Below, one piece after another: positions 38,894 to 48,028 of a stretch of 64,000 nt of DNA. The notes under the pieces are model-generated. The model made no database searches and was not told the origin of the DNA. It was given only the letters and a program-made list of their open reading frames with translations. Source of the stretch: a virus (lineage: Duplodnaviria; Caudoviricetes). Location of the stretch: positions 32,001 through 96,000 of the IMG/VR virus record IMGVR_UViG_3300029288_000090; one strand, written 5' to 3'. The first letter of the stretch is position 1. Each line of letters opens with the position of its first letter. The position numbers and the translations under genes are program-made.

Positions 38894-39370
38894 ATGAAAA
38901 GGTCAAGTCTATGGTGTATTCTGTTTATCTTCAGTATCTGCACCATGTGTGTGCTGGCAGTTCTTCCGGAATCTGATATTAATCGGGACGGGATCGTCAA
39001 TCTGGAAGATCATGCGATTATGGCCAACGAATGGTTAGAGACAGGTTCACAGAGTTCTGCAGAATTTCGTCCCATTTGTAAAGCAGGAAAATATACAGGA
39101 GATGGATATGTATTCCATCCTATAGAGCTTGGGATATATCCTGTCCATGTTGTTATTCGATCCAGTGAGCAAGCGGAAGGAAGAACTGGTGTTGAAATGA
39201 TTAACATCGCTCCCTCTGCAGGGGTGGATAATATTAAATGGAACCAATCTAGTTCCACTATTAGAGATGATTGTGGATTTTATGCCACTGGATTTTTTGT
39301 TGAAGGAGACGCAGCTCCTGTTAATAAAGCAGGAGTAGAATACTTTTATGTGGTATATGGATACAAATGA
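38894..39370 (+). CDS. Signal peptide + dockerin-like motif + phage tail-fibre-like beta domain
   Basis: Hydrophobic N-terminus; DINRDGIVNLEDHAIMANEWL; YTGDG...I.LG..P..V.I...N..G..Y.Y. Confidence 0.55.
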   Translation: MKRSSLWCILFIFSICTMCVLAVLPESDINRDGIVNLEDHAIMANEWLETGSQSSAEFRPICKAGKYTGDGYVFHPIELGIYPVHVVIRSSEQAEGRTGVEMINIAPSAGVDNIKWNQSSSTIRDDCGFYATGFFVEGDAAPVNKAGVEYFYVVYGYK

Positions 39371-39637
39371 CAAAGAAAAAACAATCTAATCCAGATCCTC
39401 CAAAGGGAAAGAGACCCAAACCTCCTCCAGGTCCTCCACGTATAGTATCTCCTAGTAGATGGTATATTGCTATGAATATGAAAAAACGGATGGACGTAGA
39501 TTTTTTTGGTTCTCGAATGCCTATTTCTTTTCCGGAAGGATGGGTAGGTGTTCTTCCAGTATACTCTTCCTTAGATGTTTTACAAGAACAAGAAGGAGAT
39601 AACTGTCCGTTCACTTTGATTACGGAAGGTAAAAAAG

Positions 39638-40654
39638 ATGATTTACGTCGTTCCGATTGAACCATTAGAAGAAAGATACTCCAGTCAGTGGAGAGAATGG
39701 TTCTATAGATTTTTTACTACTAAGAATGTTTCTCATACGTTTATAGACGGAATTCCTTTGACATCTACAATTGAAAGAGGAGCTTTTTTAGATGTTTGTG
39801 GAACTAATTACTATAAAGCATCACAATTGATGCAAATTTGTAAGTTAGTTCATGAAGGATCTATTAAGGAAGATGACATATTTCTATTTATGGACCTTTG
39901 GTTTCCTGGATTAGAAATGTTAGCTTATATGAAGTACGCTTTGGATCTTAAGTTTAGGATTACAGGGATGCTTCATGCAGGAACATATGACGAAAATGAT
40001 TTTCTGACAAAGCATAATATGGGTATTTGGGGAAAACCATTGGAGGAGTCTTGGTTCACTTTTGTGAATGCAATATTTGTAGCAACGAAGTACCATAAAA
40101 GATTGTTGGAGGACGCCCGACAATGTTTTTCAAATTCTATTTACGTTACAGGATTTCCTATTTATCCTGATTTTGTTTCTAGAAATTTTAAGAAAGAAAA
40201 TATCATTATTTTTCCACATCGTTTAGACAGAGAAAAGAGACCTGATAAGTTTGATAAGCTTAAATATGCTTTACAATGTAAATATCCAAATTGGCAATTT
40301 ATTAAGAGTAAGGAAGTTTGTAAGACTAAGCATGAGTACTATAATCTTTTGGAAAGGGCTAAGGTAGCAATCTCTTTTGCAGAGCAGGAGACATGGGGTA
40401 TAGCTATGCAGGAGGCATTATTCTGTGGATGTATTCCTATTGTTCCTGATCGATTGAGTTATGAAGAAATGTATCCAAAATGTTTTAGGTATTATAATTT
40501 TAGTACATCCACAAATAGTGCTGTTTCTCTTGTAGAATGGGCAATGAAAGAGTACGATATCATTAAACGTACATCGTGGGAAACAACTAAAGACGAGTTG
40601 GAAATGAAGGGAAGAAATGCTCTAGATTCTATTTTCTATCATCTCTTGAGATAA
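39638..40654 (+). CDS. GT-B glycosyltransferase, GTDC1/QTMAN-like, adjacent to dpdA
   Basis: FPHRLDREKRPDKF; TKHEYYNLL....VAISFAEQETWGIAMQEALFCGCIPIVPDRLSYEEMYP (E-x7-E). Confidence 0.8.
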   Translation: MIYVVPIEPLEERYSSQWREWFYRFFTTKNVSHTFIDGIPLTSTIERGAFLDVCGTNYYKASQLMQICKLVHEGSIKEDDIFLFMDLWFPGLEMLAYMKYALDLKFRITGMLHAGTYDENDFLTKHNMGIWGKPLEESWFTFVNAIFVATKYHKRLLEDARQCFSNSIYVTGFPIYPDFVSRNFKKENIIIFPHRLDREKRPDKFDKLKYALQCKYPNWQFIKSKEVCKTKHEYYNLLERAKVAISFAEQETWGIAMQEALFCGCIPIVPDRLSYEEMYPKCFRYYNFSTSTNSAVSLVEWAMKEYDIIKRTSWETTKDELEMKGRNALDSIFYHLLR

Positions 40655-40666
40655 GGAGAGAGTTAC

Positions 40667-41821
40667 GTGATTTCTGGTGTTCAACGAATATACATGGCTA
40701 ATATGTTGACGTCTGGTTCAGTCAAGGATCGGGAACATTTTCTTTCTGTTTTAATGAAGGGGGAGATGCATACTTTAGAGACATATTGGAAGACAAATGC
40801 TGTTAAGAAGCTTTTGGATGAGAACCCAAAGTTAGTCATATTCTTGGATTCTGGAGCTCACAGTTTATTGAATGTTCATGCCAGGAACCAAGCAGAAGAG
40901 GAAGGTCAGGAGAAGTCAGATCATATTGAAGTTGATTTAGATGACTTTTATGAATTAGATACCAATACTAGAGTATTTCATTCTGCAAAGAAGTTTTGGA
41001 TGCAACATACTAAAGTGACCAAATTTGCCGGTATGAAGAGTGGGGCCTCCAAACTTATGAAGTCCTTTGACTTTGCTGATAAGAAAGAGGTAAAGGATTA
41101 TTTAAATACTTATATAGAGTTTTGTCATAAGTATAAAACACAATGTGATCCTTATGTCAATTTGGATATTATTTTTAATCCAGAGAAGACATGGGAGAAT
41201 CAAAAGTATATGGAGTCCCATGGACTTCAACCTCTTCCTGTTTTTCATTTTGGAGAAGATTTTAAATGGTTAGATAAGTATGTTGATAATTATCCTTATA
41301 TAGGTATATCAGGATTAGGTTCGGATATTCAGAAGAAATCGTATTTTCAATCCTTTGGGGATAAAGTATTTAAACGATTAAGTCAATCTAAACAGATGAT
41401 TAAGGTGCATGGATTTGCAGCCACATCTTTTGACTTAATAAAGCGATATCCTTGGTATAGTATAGATTCAACTACATGGATTAAGCATGCAGCATACGGA
41501 TCCGTTATGGTTCCTCCATATGAAAATGCAACAGGAAATTTTCTATATGCTGCTATACCTACAATTGTTCGTGTGAGTAGTCGAATCAACGTCAAGCAGA
41601 CTAGAACTAAGAAGGGAGGATCATTCAGAGATACATTTACAGGGAAGGAACTGGAGACCATTCTTCATTACTTCGAGGTTGCAGGAGTAGAAGAAGGTAA
41701 GCTTTCTGAAAGTCTTTTTGAAAGATGTAAGGCTAATCTTCATTATTATAAACAACTTCAAAGGATAGGTGTTCAGGTTGATGAAGACGTTTATCTAAAT
41801 AGTTCTAAGAGTTTCTTTTGA
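40667..41821 (+). CDS. dpdA: DpdA-like DNA 7-deazaguanine transglycosylase (TGT-like TIM barrel)
   Basis: FLDSGAHS, NLD.I, N...ME..GL.P.PVFH.GE, YIGISGL, KVHGFA, YPWYSIDSTTW. Confidence 0.8.
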   Translation: MISGVQRIYMANMLTSGSVKDREHFLSVLMKGEMHTLETYWKTNAVKKLLDENPKLVIFLDSGAHSLLNVHARNQAEEEGQEKSDHIEVDLDDFYELDTNTRVFHSAKKFWMQHTKVTKFAGMKSGASKLMKSFDFADKKEVKDYLNTYIEFCHKYKTQCDPYVNLDIIFNPEKTWENQKYMESHGLQPLPVFHFGEDFKWLDKYVDNYPYIGISGLGSDIQKKSYFQSFGDKVFKRLSQSKQMIKVHGFAATSFDLIKRYPWYSIDSTTWIKHAAYGSVMVPPYENATGNFLYAAIPTIVRVSSRINVKQTRTKKGGSFRDTFTGKELETILHYFEVAGVEEGKLSESLFERCKANLHYYKQLQRIGVQVDEDVYLNSSKSFF

Positions 41822-42174
41822 GGTGTAATGTATGGACTTTACTAAATTGACTAATTTAGGTCAGACTATTCAAGTTAAAGGGATTAGAACGCCTATATCT
41901 CATTATGATTTTGATCCTGCTGAAGTTGTTGTAACAATAGTAGTGGAGCTTCAAGAGAACTATGAAAAGGAGAAAGTTCCCTGCCTCCATATTGTTGAAG
42001 GTGGAGTTACAGGATATGAGTCTTTTTATATTAAAAAAGATAGTATTAAACGTCTTGAAGGCCAAGAATGGACTGCTTGTATGGGAACAAGAGGACGGCG
42101 GGATGTGTTAGCTATTCCATGGACTAGCATGAAACAGGTGTACAATTTTTACAATTTATGGAGTTTATTAGATA

Positions 42175-43215
42175 ATGTCAATCAAGCGTAAGAAACTTAT
42201 TGAGGACCTTCAAGTTGTAGCTAATTCTTTGGGAACAAGTGGATTTATTCTTGCCTTCCAATGTTTTCATATTAAGCACAATGTTTTGTTTGCTACTGAT
42301 GGTGCAACTTCTATCAAAAAAACACTGGAGTATGATACGGGAGTCGATTGTTCTATTTTTGGGATGGCTTTTCTGACAACCTTGCAGAATATAAAGAATG
42401 AGGATATAACCCTGGAACAAGAAAACAATAAACTTATTCTTGTGGCTGAAAAGATAGAAGGCGAATTTACAATTGTTTCTGAAGCTAAAGGAGTTAAAAT
42501 TCCTTCCTATACTCCACAGGAATCAGTAGATATGTTATTTGAAGAAGGGTTTATGAAGGCTTTGGGAGAATGTAAGTTTGCAGCTTCTCGAGATGAAACG
42601 CAAGGTTCATTGTGTGGTGTATATGTTGATGAAAAATATGTTTACGCAACAGATCGTTTTCAGATTATGCGTCATACTATTGGCTATGATTGTGAGACAA
42701 AGGGAATGATTTTCCCGATCAAACTCATTGAAATTCTTGAGAAGGTTTGGACTAAGGATAGTACTATTCGGGTTGTGAAGGGGGATACTATTCTTGTTTT
42801 TGTAGATTCTAGTACAGTTTTGGAGGGATGTACACTTTCTGGCAAATTTCCTTTAGTTGCTGAACAATTTGTTGATTTTGGTGATCTTTGTGCAGTAGGA
42901 TTTGATAGAACAAGTCTTAAGGAAGTTATCGAAAGACATATTGTTTTTCAAAAGGGAGTTTTGGATATAGACCGTTCCACAACTATAGAGTTGGAGGGAG
43001 TCAAAGCTTACTTACAAACAGTAGATCCAAATGTAGGGAGTTTAGTTGAGGAGGTTGATATTATACAATCCTTTAATGACTTAGTCAGTTTTAAGATCAA
43101 CCCTGTTTTCTTAAAAATGGCTATCAAAGAAGGAAGTGAATTGTTCTTCAGTCCTTCCAATGAGTTAATTTTAATCCGTTCTAAAAACTTTGAATATCTA
43201 GCAAAGATTCGATAA
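42175..43215 (+). CDS. dnaN: DNA sliding clamp (beta-clamp family)
   Basis: LFATDG, FAASRDE....LCGVY, ATDRF, GKFP, INP.FL; 346 aa. Confidence 0.8.
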   Translation: MSIKRKKLIEDLQVVANSLGTSGFILAFQCFHIKHNVLFATDGATSIKKTLEYDTGVDCSIFGMAFLTTLQNIKNEDITLEQENNKLILVAEKIEGEFTIVSEAKGVKIPSYTPQESVDMLFEEGFMKALGECKFAASRDETQGSLCGVYVDEKYVYATDRFQIMRHTIGYDCETKGMIFPIKLIEILEKVWTKDSTIRVVKGDTILVFVDSSTVLEGCTLSGKFPLVAEQFVDFGDLCAVGFDRTSLKEVIERHIVFQKGVLDIDRSTTIELEGVKAYLQTVDPNVGSLVEEVDIIQSFNDLVSFKINPVFLKMAIKEGSELFFSPSNELILIRSKNFEYLAKIR

Positions 43216-43216
43216 G

Positions 43217-46200
43217 ATGGCACAAAAAGCTTTTTTTGTAGACGAAAGAGAACTCCTAGCTATTGAGCAGGAGAAACAAAAACAAGAGAAGAAGAAATTA
43301 TCTAAATCTTCTAGGACCTCCAAAAAGAAGATATATAACTGCTCTACTTGCGGATTAGATAAAACCTGTCGCAGTCCTGATATGCAAAGATATGGAAAAT
43401 GTAGAGCAGGAATTATGTTTGTTGGTATAGCTCCTGGAGCTGAAGAAGATAAAAACGATATTCCTTTTGTAGGACCTTCTGGAGAATTCTTACGTCAGAC
43501 ATTAGTAGATTTAAATATAGATTTAGATGAGGATTGTTCAAGAACTAATATTGTTCGCTGTAAACTTCCAAAGAATAGAAATCCTAAAAGGGACGAAATC
43601 CTGAGCTGTCAATCCAAACTGATTCAAGATATAGAAGAAGTCCGTCCAAGATTGATTATAACGTTGGGAAAAGAACCTACAAACGTTTTGTTTAGATATT
43701 TGGGAAAAGGAACTCCAGGACTTGGTTTGACACATGGATTAGTTTTTCCTATTCAAAAATGGAAGTGTTGGTTATCTAGTACGTTTCATCCAGCAGCTAT
43801 CTTGAGAGAAAGAGATGGTCGTCATCAGAAGGTAGTAGGAAGAGATAAAATATTTGCCTTTGATATAGATGATGCTATATTTTATTCTGAAAGAGAGTTT
43901 CCAAAGATTTTAAGTAGGGAAGGATGTATCCTTGTTCCAGATTCAGAAAGATGTATAGAAGTTTTGGAAAGGATGTCTCAGTCGAAAGATCCTGTTTCGT
44001 TCGATTATGAATGTACCTGTATTTCGGCTTTTGATAAAGATGCTAGGCTACTAACGGTAGGTGTCAGTAATGATCCGGAAATAGGGTATTGTATTCCTAT
44101 TGGAATGAATAGATGGAATGAAGTAGAAGTAGCTCACGTTTACCTGGCTTTGCGTAAATTTTTAGCCAGTGATGCTCCAAAAGTTGTTCAGAACTACAAT
44201 ATGGAGGAGCTTTGGAGTAGGATTCATGTAGGGCAGGGTATGAATAATTTATGCTGTGATACTATGGTAGCTCATCATGTTGTTTACTGTAGAAAGAAAA
44301 CAGCAGATTTGGATTTTCAAGTTGGGCTTTTAACGGGAGATGACTACAAGGGAATGGTAAATACTAAAAGAATGTCAGAGGAACCTATTGAGAAAATAGG
44401 AATATATAATCCTTTAGATTCCAGATACACACTTCTTTCCTACAGAACTAATATAAAGAAGATGGATAGTGGACTTCGTGAATTCAATGATCTTCTGACC
44501 AGGGGTGTTGTTACTATGGCTAATCTAAAAGAACGAGGAGTCAGAATAGATCAACGCTTGCTAAATACGTTAAAGGATAATGCACAGGACGAAGTAAAAG
44601 AACTATCAGATTCTCTTATGCTTTGTAAAGCATGCAGGAAGTATGAAAAAGAAACTGGAAGTGCTTTAAACGTTCGTTCGGGGGATCAATTAGCAAAGCT
44701 CTTATTTACGATCTATGGAGATAAATCTATAAAGACAACAAGCGGAGGAAAACCTTGTACGGATGCAGAAGTTATTGAGAAGCTTTATGCTAAAACGAAA
44801 AAGGAGGAGATTCGAACTTTTCTGAAGATTCTTATAGATCTTAAAAAGGTGCAAAGTTTTTCTGATAAGATAGATAATTTTAGGAAACATATTTGTTCTG
44901 ATGGGAAGATCCATCCTTCATTTCATTTGGATGTCGCAGAGACATACAGGAGTTGTATTGCTGAAGGAACTAATATAGAAGTAGTTAGAGATGTTAATAG
45001 ATATCCTAAAGGTATTCCTATAGAACATGTTAAAGAAGGAGATTATGTTTATTGCTATAATAGTAATTTAGATGTCTGTATTAAAAAAGTTTTATGGGCA
45101 GGAAAAACAGGTCATAAAGAAATTATTCGTCTTCATTGGGAATCTTCTAGAGGAACAAAAGGTTATTTAGACGTAACACCAGAACACAAAGTTAGATTAG
45201 TAGACGGAACTTATCTAGAAGCTAAGTATTTGAACAATAGAAATGTAAGAAGTGGTAAACAAAATAAGCACGTTCCAGGAGTCCAGGTTCTATCACTTGG
45301 GCGAATGGGAGATAATGTTGTACAAACTGGTAAGCATTTTGGTTTGTTGGATCATCGTCTTGTGTATGAAAATGTAAACAATACTATTTTACCCAAACAT
45401 ATGGTTATCCATCATATTGACGGTAATCATTATAATAACGTACCTTCTAATCTTATAGCAAAGGCTAGAAGTGATCATTCACTATTACATTGTACTTTTA
45501 ATGAAGAGAGTAGAAAGAAAGCGTTATCTAATAGAAGAAAAAATGTCGAATTAGGTTTAACTAAATTAGGAAGAACTGGCGAAGAAAACGGGAATTGGAT
45601 TTCGTTTTCTAAATTTTCTTTCTTGCGATTACTTGCTGAACATTCTGGAAAAGTAACGTCTATTGATTTAGAACATGGAACTATACAATCTAAAGCGAAA
45701 CTTTTTTCTATAAATCTTAAAAATGTTAAGGATAGATACACAAAGGAGGGTTACTATATCTCTTTGGGTAAATTAAAGGGATTATATACTAAAGGACATG
45801 ACTATGCTTGTCATGTTCTTCGTGTCAATCCTTATAAATTGCGTAGATTGTATGAACAAAGAGATTTAGAATGGAATACTCCTAGGAAGTGGGCAAATCA
45901 ATATGGAACGTTTAGTGTTAATAATCACAAAATTGTTGACGTTGAGATCTTGAATACTTCTGTCAATGTTTACGATATAGAAGTTGAGGGGGAACATAAT
46001 TTTATAGCAAATGAAATATGTGTACATAACTCATCTTCAGATCCTAATTTTCAAAACGTTCCTAAACACGATGATCTTCTTAAACTAATCAGGGAGTGCA
46101 TTATTCCGAGTCCGGGTAATGTATTCTTGGAGGTTGATTATGACGGATTAGAGGTTCGTGGAATAGCAATGAACTCCAATGACAGAACTCTAATCAATGA

Positions 46201-46819
46201 GATTAAAGGAGGAGACTCTTCTGATACACATCGTTTATGGGCATCTAAGATTTTTGAGGTTCCATTTGCAAAGGTAGATAAGGAGCAACGATTTTTAGGA
46301 AAGAACAAGTTTGTATTTCCTTCTTTTTACGGAGCACAGCCGTTTTCCATTGCTAATTCTCTGAAGATGGAGGAGGCATATATTAAAGGGAAATGGGATG
46401 AATTTTGGAGACTTTACAAAGACGTCAAGAAATGGCAAGATAACGTCAGAGCGTTTTACGAAGAGTATGGGTATATAAGAGGTTTATCAGGATATAGGAG
46501 ATTTGGACCGCTTTCTGTAGAACAGCTATATAATACGCCAGTTCAAGGAATTTCATTCCATCTTGCATTAGATGCTTTAATTAGAATAGATGGGATGTTA
46601 ATAGGAAAGTTAAGACGGCAAGGACTTAGGGCTGTTCCTATTGTTCAAGTTCATGATAGTATTCTCTTTGATTGTCCTATCAATGAGATCCAAGAGGTTG
46701 TAGGAGTTGTCTCTGAAATTATGAAATCCAAACGGTTTGAATGGCAATTAGACGTTCCTCTTAGTGTCAGTTGGGAAAAAGGAGAGGATTGGCTGAATAT
46801 GAAAAAACTTGTAGTATAA
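43217..46819 (+). CDS. polA: Family A DNA polymerase with N-terminal family-4 UDG-like domain, 3'-5' exonuclease and intein
   Basis: C..C.L, GIAPG.EED....PFVG.SG, HPAA.LR; SFDYE; DPNFQN, DYDGLEVR, R...K....FYG, VHDS. Confidence 0.92.
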   Translation: MAQKAFFVDERELLAIEQEKQKQEKKKLSKSSRTSKKKIYNCSTCGLDKTCRSPDMQRYGKCRAGIMFVGIAPGAEEDKNDIPFVGPSGEFLRQTLVDLNIDLDEDCSRTNIVRCKLPKNRNPKRDEILSCQSKLIQDIEEVRPRLIITLGKEPTNVLFRYLGKGTPGLGLTHGLVFPIQKWKCWLSSTFHPAAILRERDGRHQKVVGRDKIFAFDIDDAIFYSEREFPKILSREGCILVPDSERCIEVLERMSQSKDPVSFDYECTCISAFDKDARLLTVGVSNDPEIGYCIPIGMNRWNEVEVAHVYLALRKFLASDAPKVVQNYNMEELWSRIHVGQGMNNLCCDTMVAHHVVYCRKKTADLDFQVGLLTGDDYKGMVNTKRMSEEPIEKIGIYNPLDSRYTLLSYRTNIKKMDSGLREFNDLLTRGVVTMANLKERGVRIDQRLLNTLKDNAQDEVKELSDSLMLCKACRKYEKETGSALNVRSGDQLAKLLFTIYGDKSIKTTSGGKPCTDAEVIEKLYAKTKKEEIRTFLKILIDLKKVQSFSDKIDNFRKHICSDGKIHPSFHLDVAETYRSCIAEGTNIEVVRDVNRYPKGIPIEHVKEGDYVYCYNSNLDVCIKKVLWAGKTGHKEIIRLHWESSRGTKGYLDVTPEHKVRLVDGTYLEAKYLNNRNVRSGKQNKHVPGVQVLSLGRMGDNVVQTGKHFGLLDHRLVYENVNNTILPKHMVIHHIDGNHYNNVPSNLIAKARSDHSLLHCTFNEESRKKALSNRRKNVELGLTKLGRTGEENGNWISFSKFSFLRLLAEHSGKVTSIDLEHGTIQSKAKLFSINLKNVKDRYTKEGYYISLGKLKGLYTKGHDYACHVLRVNPYKLRRLYEQRDLEWNTPRKWANQYGTFSVNNHKIVDVEILNTSVNVYDIEVEGEHNFIANEICVHNSSSDPNFQNVPKHDDLLKLIRECIIPSPGNVFLEVDYDGLEVRGIAMNSNDRTLINEIKGGDSSDTHRLWASKIFEVPFAKVDKEQRFLGKNKFVFPSFYGAQPFSIANSLKMEEAYIKGKWDEFWRLYKDVKKWQDNVRAFYEEYGYIRGLSGYRRFGPLSVEQLYNTPVQGISFHLALDALIRIDGMLIGKLRRQGLRAVPIVQVHDSILFDCPINEIQEVVGVVSEIMKSKRFEWQLDVPLSVSWEKGEDWLNMKKLVV
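44954..46030 (+). mobile_element. Intein (359 aa) containing an HNH endonuclease
   Basis: Starts CIAEGT, block B TPEH, ends VYDIEVEGEHNFIANEICVHN followed by Ser; internal HRLVY...IHHIDGN..NN...NL; splicing restores TYRSSSSDPNFQN. Confidence 0.92.
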
Positions 46820-46841
46820 ATTAAAATTTTAAGAAGGTTTT

Positions 46842-46859
46842 GTATATATTATTTATGTA
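46842..46859 (+). promoter_or_regulatory. Promoter-like motif GTATATATTATTTATGTA (copy 3)
   Basis: 16/18 match to copies 1-2; intergenic, before the clamp loader. Confidence 0.55.
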
Positions 46860-46924
46860 CAATTAGGAGTATATTGGTGAATAGAAAAGAATTGTTAAAA
46901 TTTATGGAGGAGTGATTAAATCTA

Positions 46925-47866
46925 ATGTTGTATCAGAAGATTCGACCAACAGAACTAAAAGATATATGTGGTAATGATGCTACAGTAGCTTCTATCACAG
47001 ATATGTTGGAGCAATCTCCTTCCAACCGTCCACATTCTTTTCTTTTGTGTGGTCCAAGTGGATGTGGAAAAACAACACTAGCCAGGATCATGGCTGTTAA
47101 AATGGGATGTGAGGAATTAGGGATTGAAGAGTTAAATGCAGCTAATACACGTGGTATTGATTCAATCCGTCTTATTGCTCAGAATGCAGCAATCAAACCC
47201 CTTACAGGGAAAGCCAAGTGTTATATACTGGATGAGAGTCATCAGTTAACCAGTGCAGCTCAGCAAGCATTACTCAAAGTTATTGAAGATGTTCCTGAAC
47301 ATTGCTACTTTTTCTTCTGCACAACAGAACCGCAGAATCTAATTAAGACAATTAAGAATCGGTGTACAACCTATCAGGTAGAATTTTTGGGGAGAAAAGG
47401 AATTGTTAAAATTCTTCAATCTGCTTTGGAGAAAATAGAAGCAACTAAACCTTTGGATCATTTGGAGGCTATTGCAGCTGTTTGTGAGGGATCTCCAAGA
47501 GCAGCTTTGGTTTTACTAGAACAAATTCTTTTTATAGAAGATGAAGAAACAATTATTGAAATTCTATCTCGAGGGACAAAGGAAGATAGTAATGTTTGGG
47601 AGTTGGTTAATCTTCTTTGCTCTGCTCCCAAAAATAGAAAAAAGAAGTTTAAGAGAGCTTTAGAAATTCATAAAACGTTGGACGCAGATTCTGAACAAGT
47701 AAGACGAACTATTTTATCATGTTTGTTGCAGAAATTAGAGAGTTGTGATGTAGAGGAAGATACAAGAGATTACGTTGAGTTAATTAAAATTTTTAGTCAA
47801 TCTACGTACTATGGAGGTAAAGCACAATTAGGGGGAGAAATTGTGCAAGCCTGTTTTGTGGAATAA
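46925..47866 (+). CDS. Clamp loader AAA+ ATPase (DnaX/RFC-like)
   Basis: LYQKIRP, GPSGCGKTTLAR, ELNAA..RGID, LDESHQLT..AQ.ALLK..E, NRC, GS.R.A. Confidence 0.9.
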   Translation: MLYQKIRPTELKDICGNDATVASITDMLEQSPSNRPHSFLLCGPSGCGKTTLARIMAVKMGCEELGIEELNAANTRGIDSIRLIAQNAAIKPLTGKAKCYILDESHQLTSAAQQALLKVIEDVPEHCYFFFCTTEPQNLIKTIKNRCTTYQVEFLGRKGIVKILQSALEKIEATKPLDHLEAIAAVCEGSPRAALVLLEQILFIEDEETIIEILSRGTKEDSNVWELVNLLCSAPKNRKKKFKRALEIHKTLDADSEQVRRTILSCLLQKLESCDVEEDTRDYVELIKIFSQSTYYGGKAQLGGEIVQACFVE

Positions 47867-48028
47867 ATTATATGAATCTTTCTACGGATACTATTTTTAT
47901 TTACTTATGTATAGGTGTTGTAGGTATACTCACGTGTACCGTTTTATCATATTATATCGTTAAAGCTGTTATATTGGCTTACTATGAAGTCAAACTATTT
48001 TACACACAGAAGTTGAAGGAGATTTCAA

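Noticed and set aside
36393-41821. Firm conclusion that the phage lacks queC
   Set aside because: The pathway genes are dispersed and the window is only part of the genome; queC could lie outside it or be supplied by the host.
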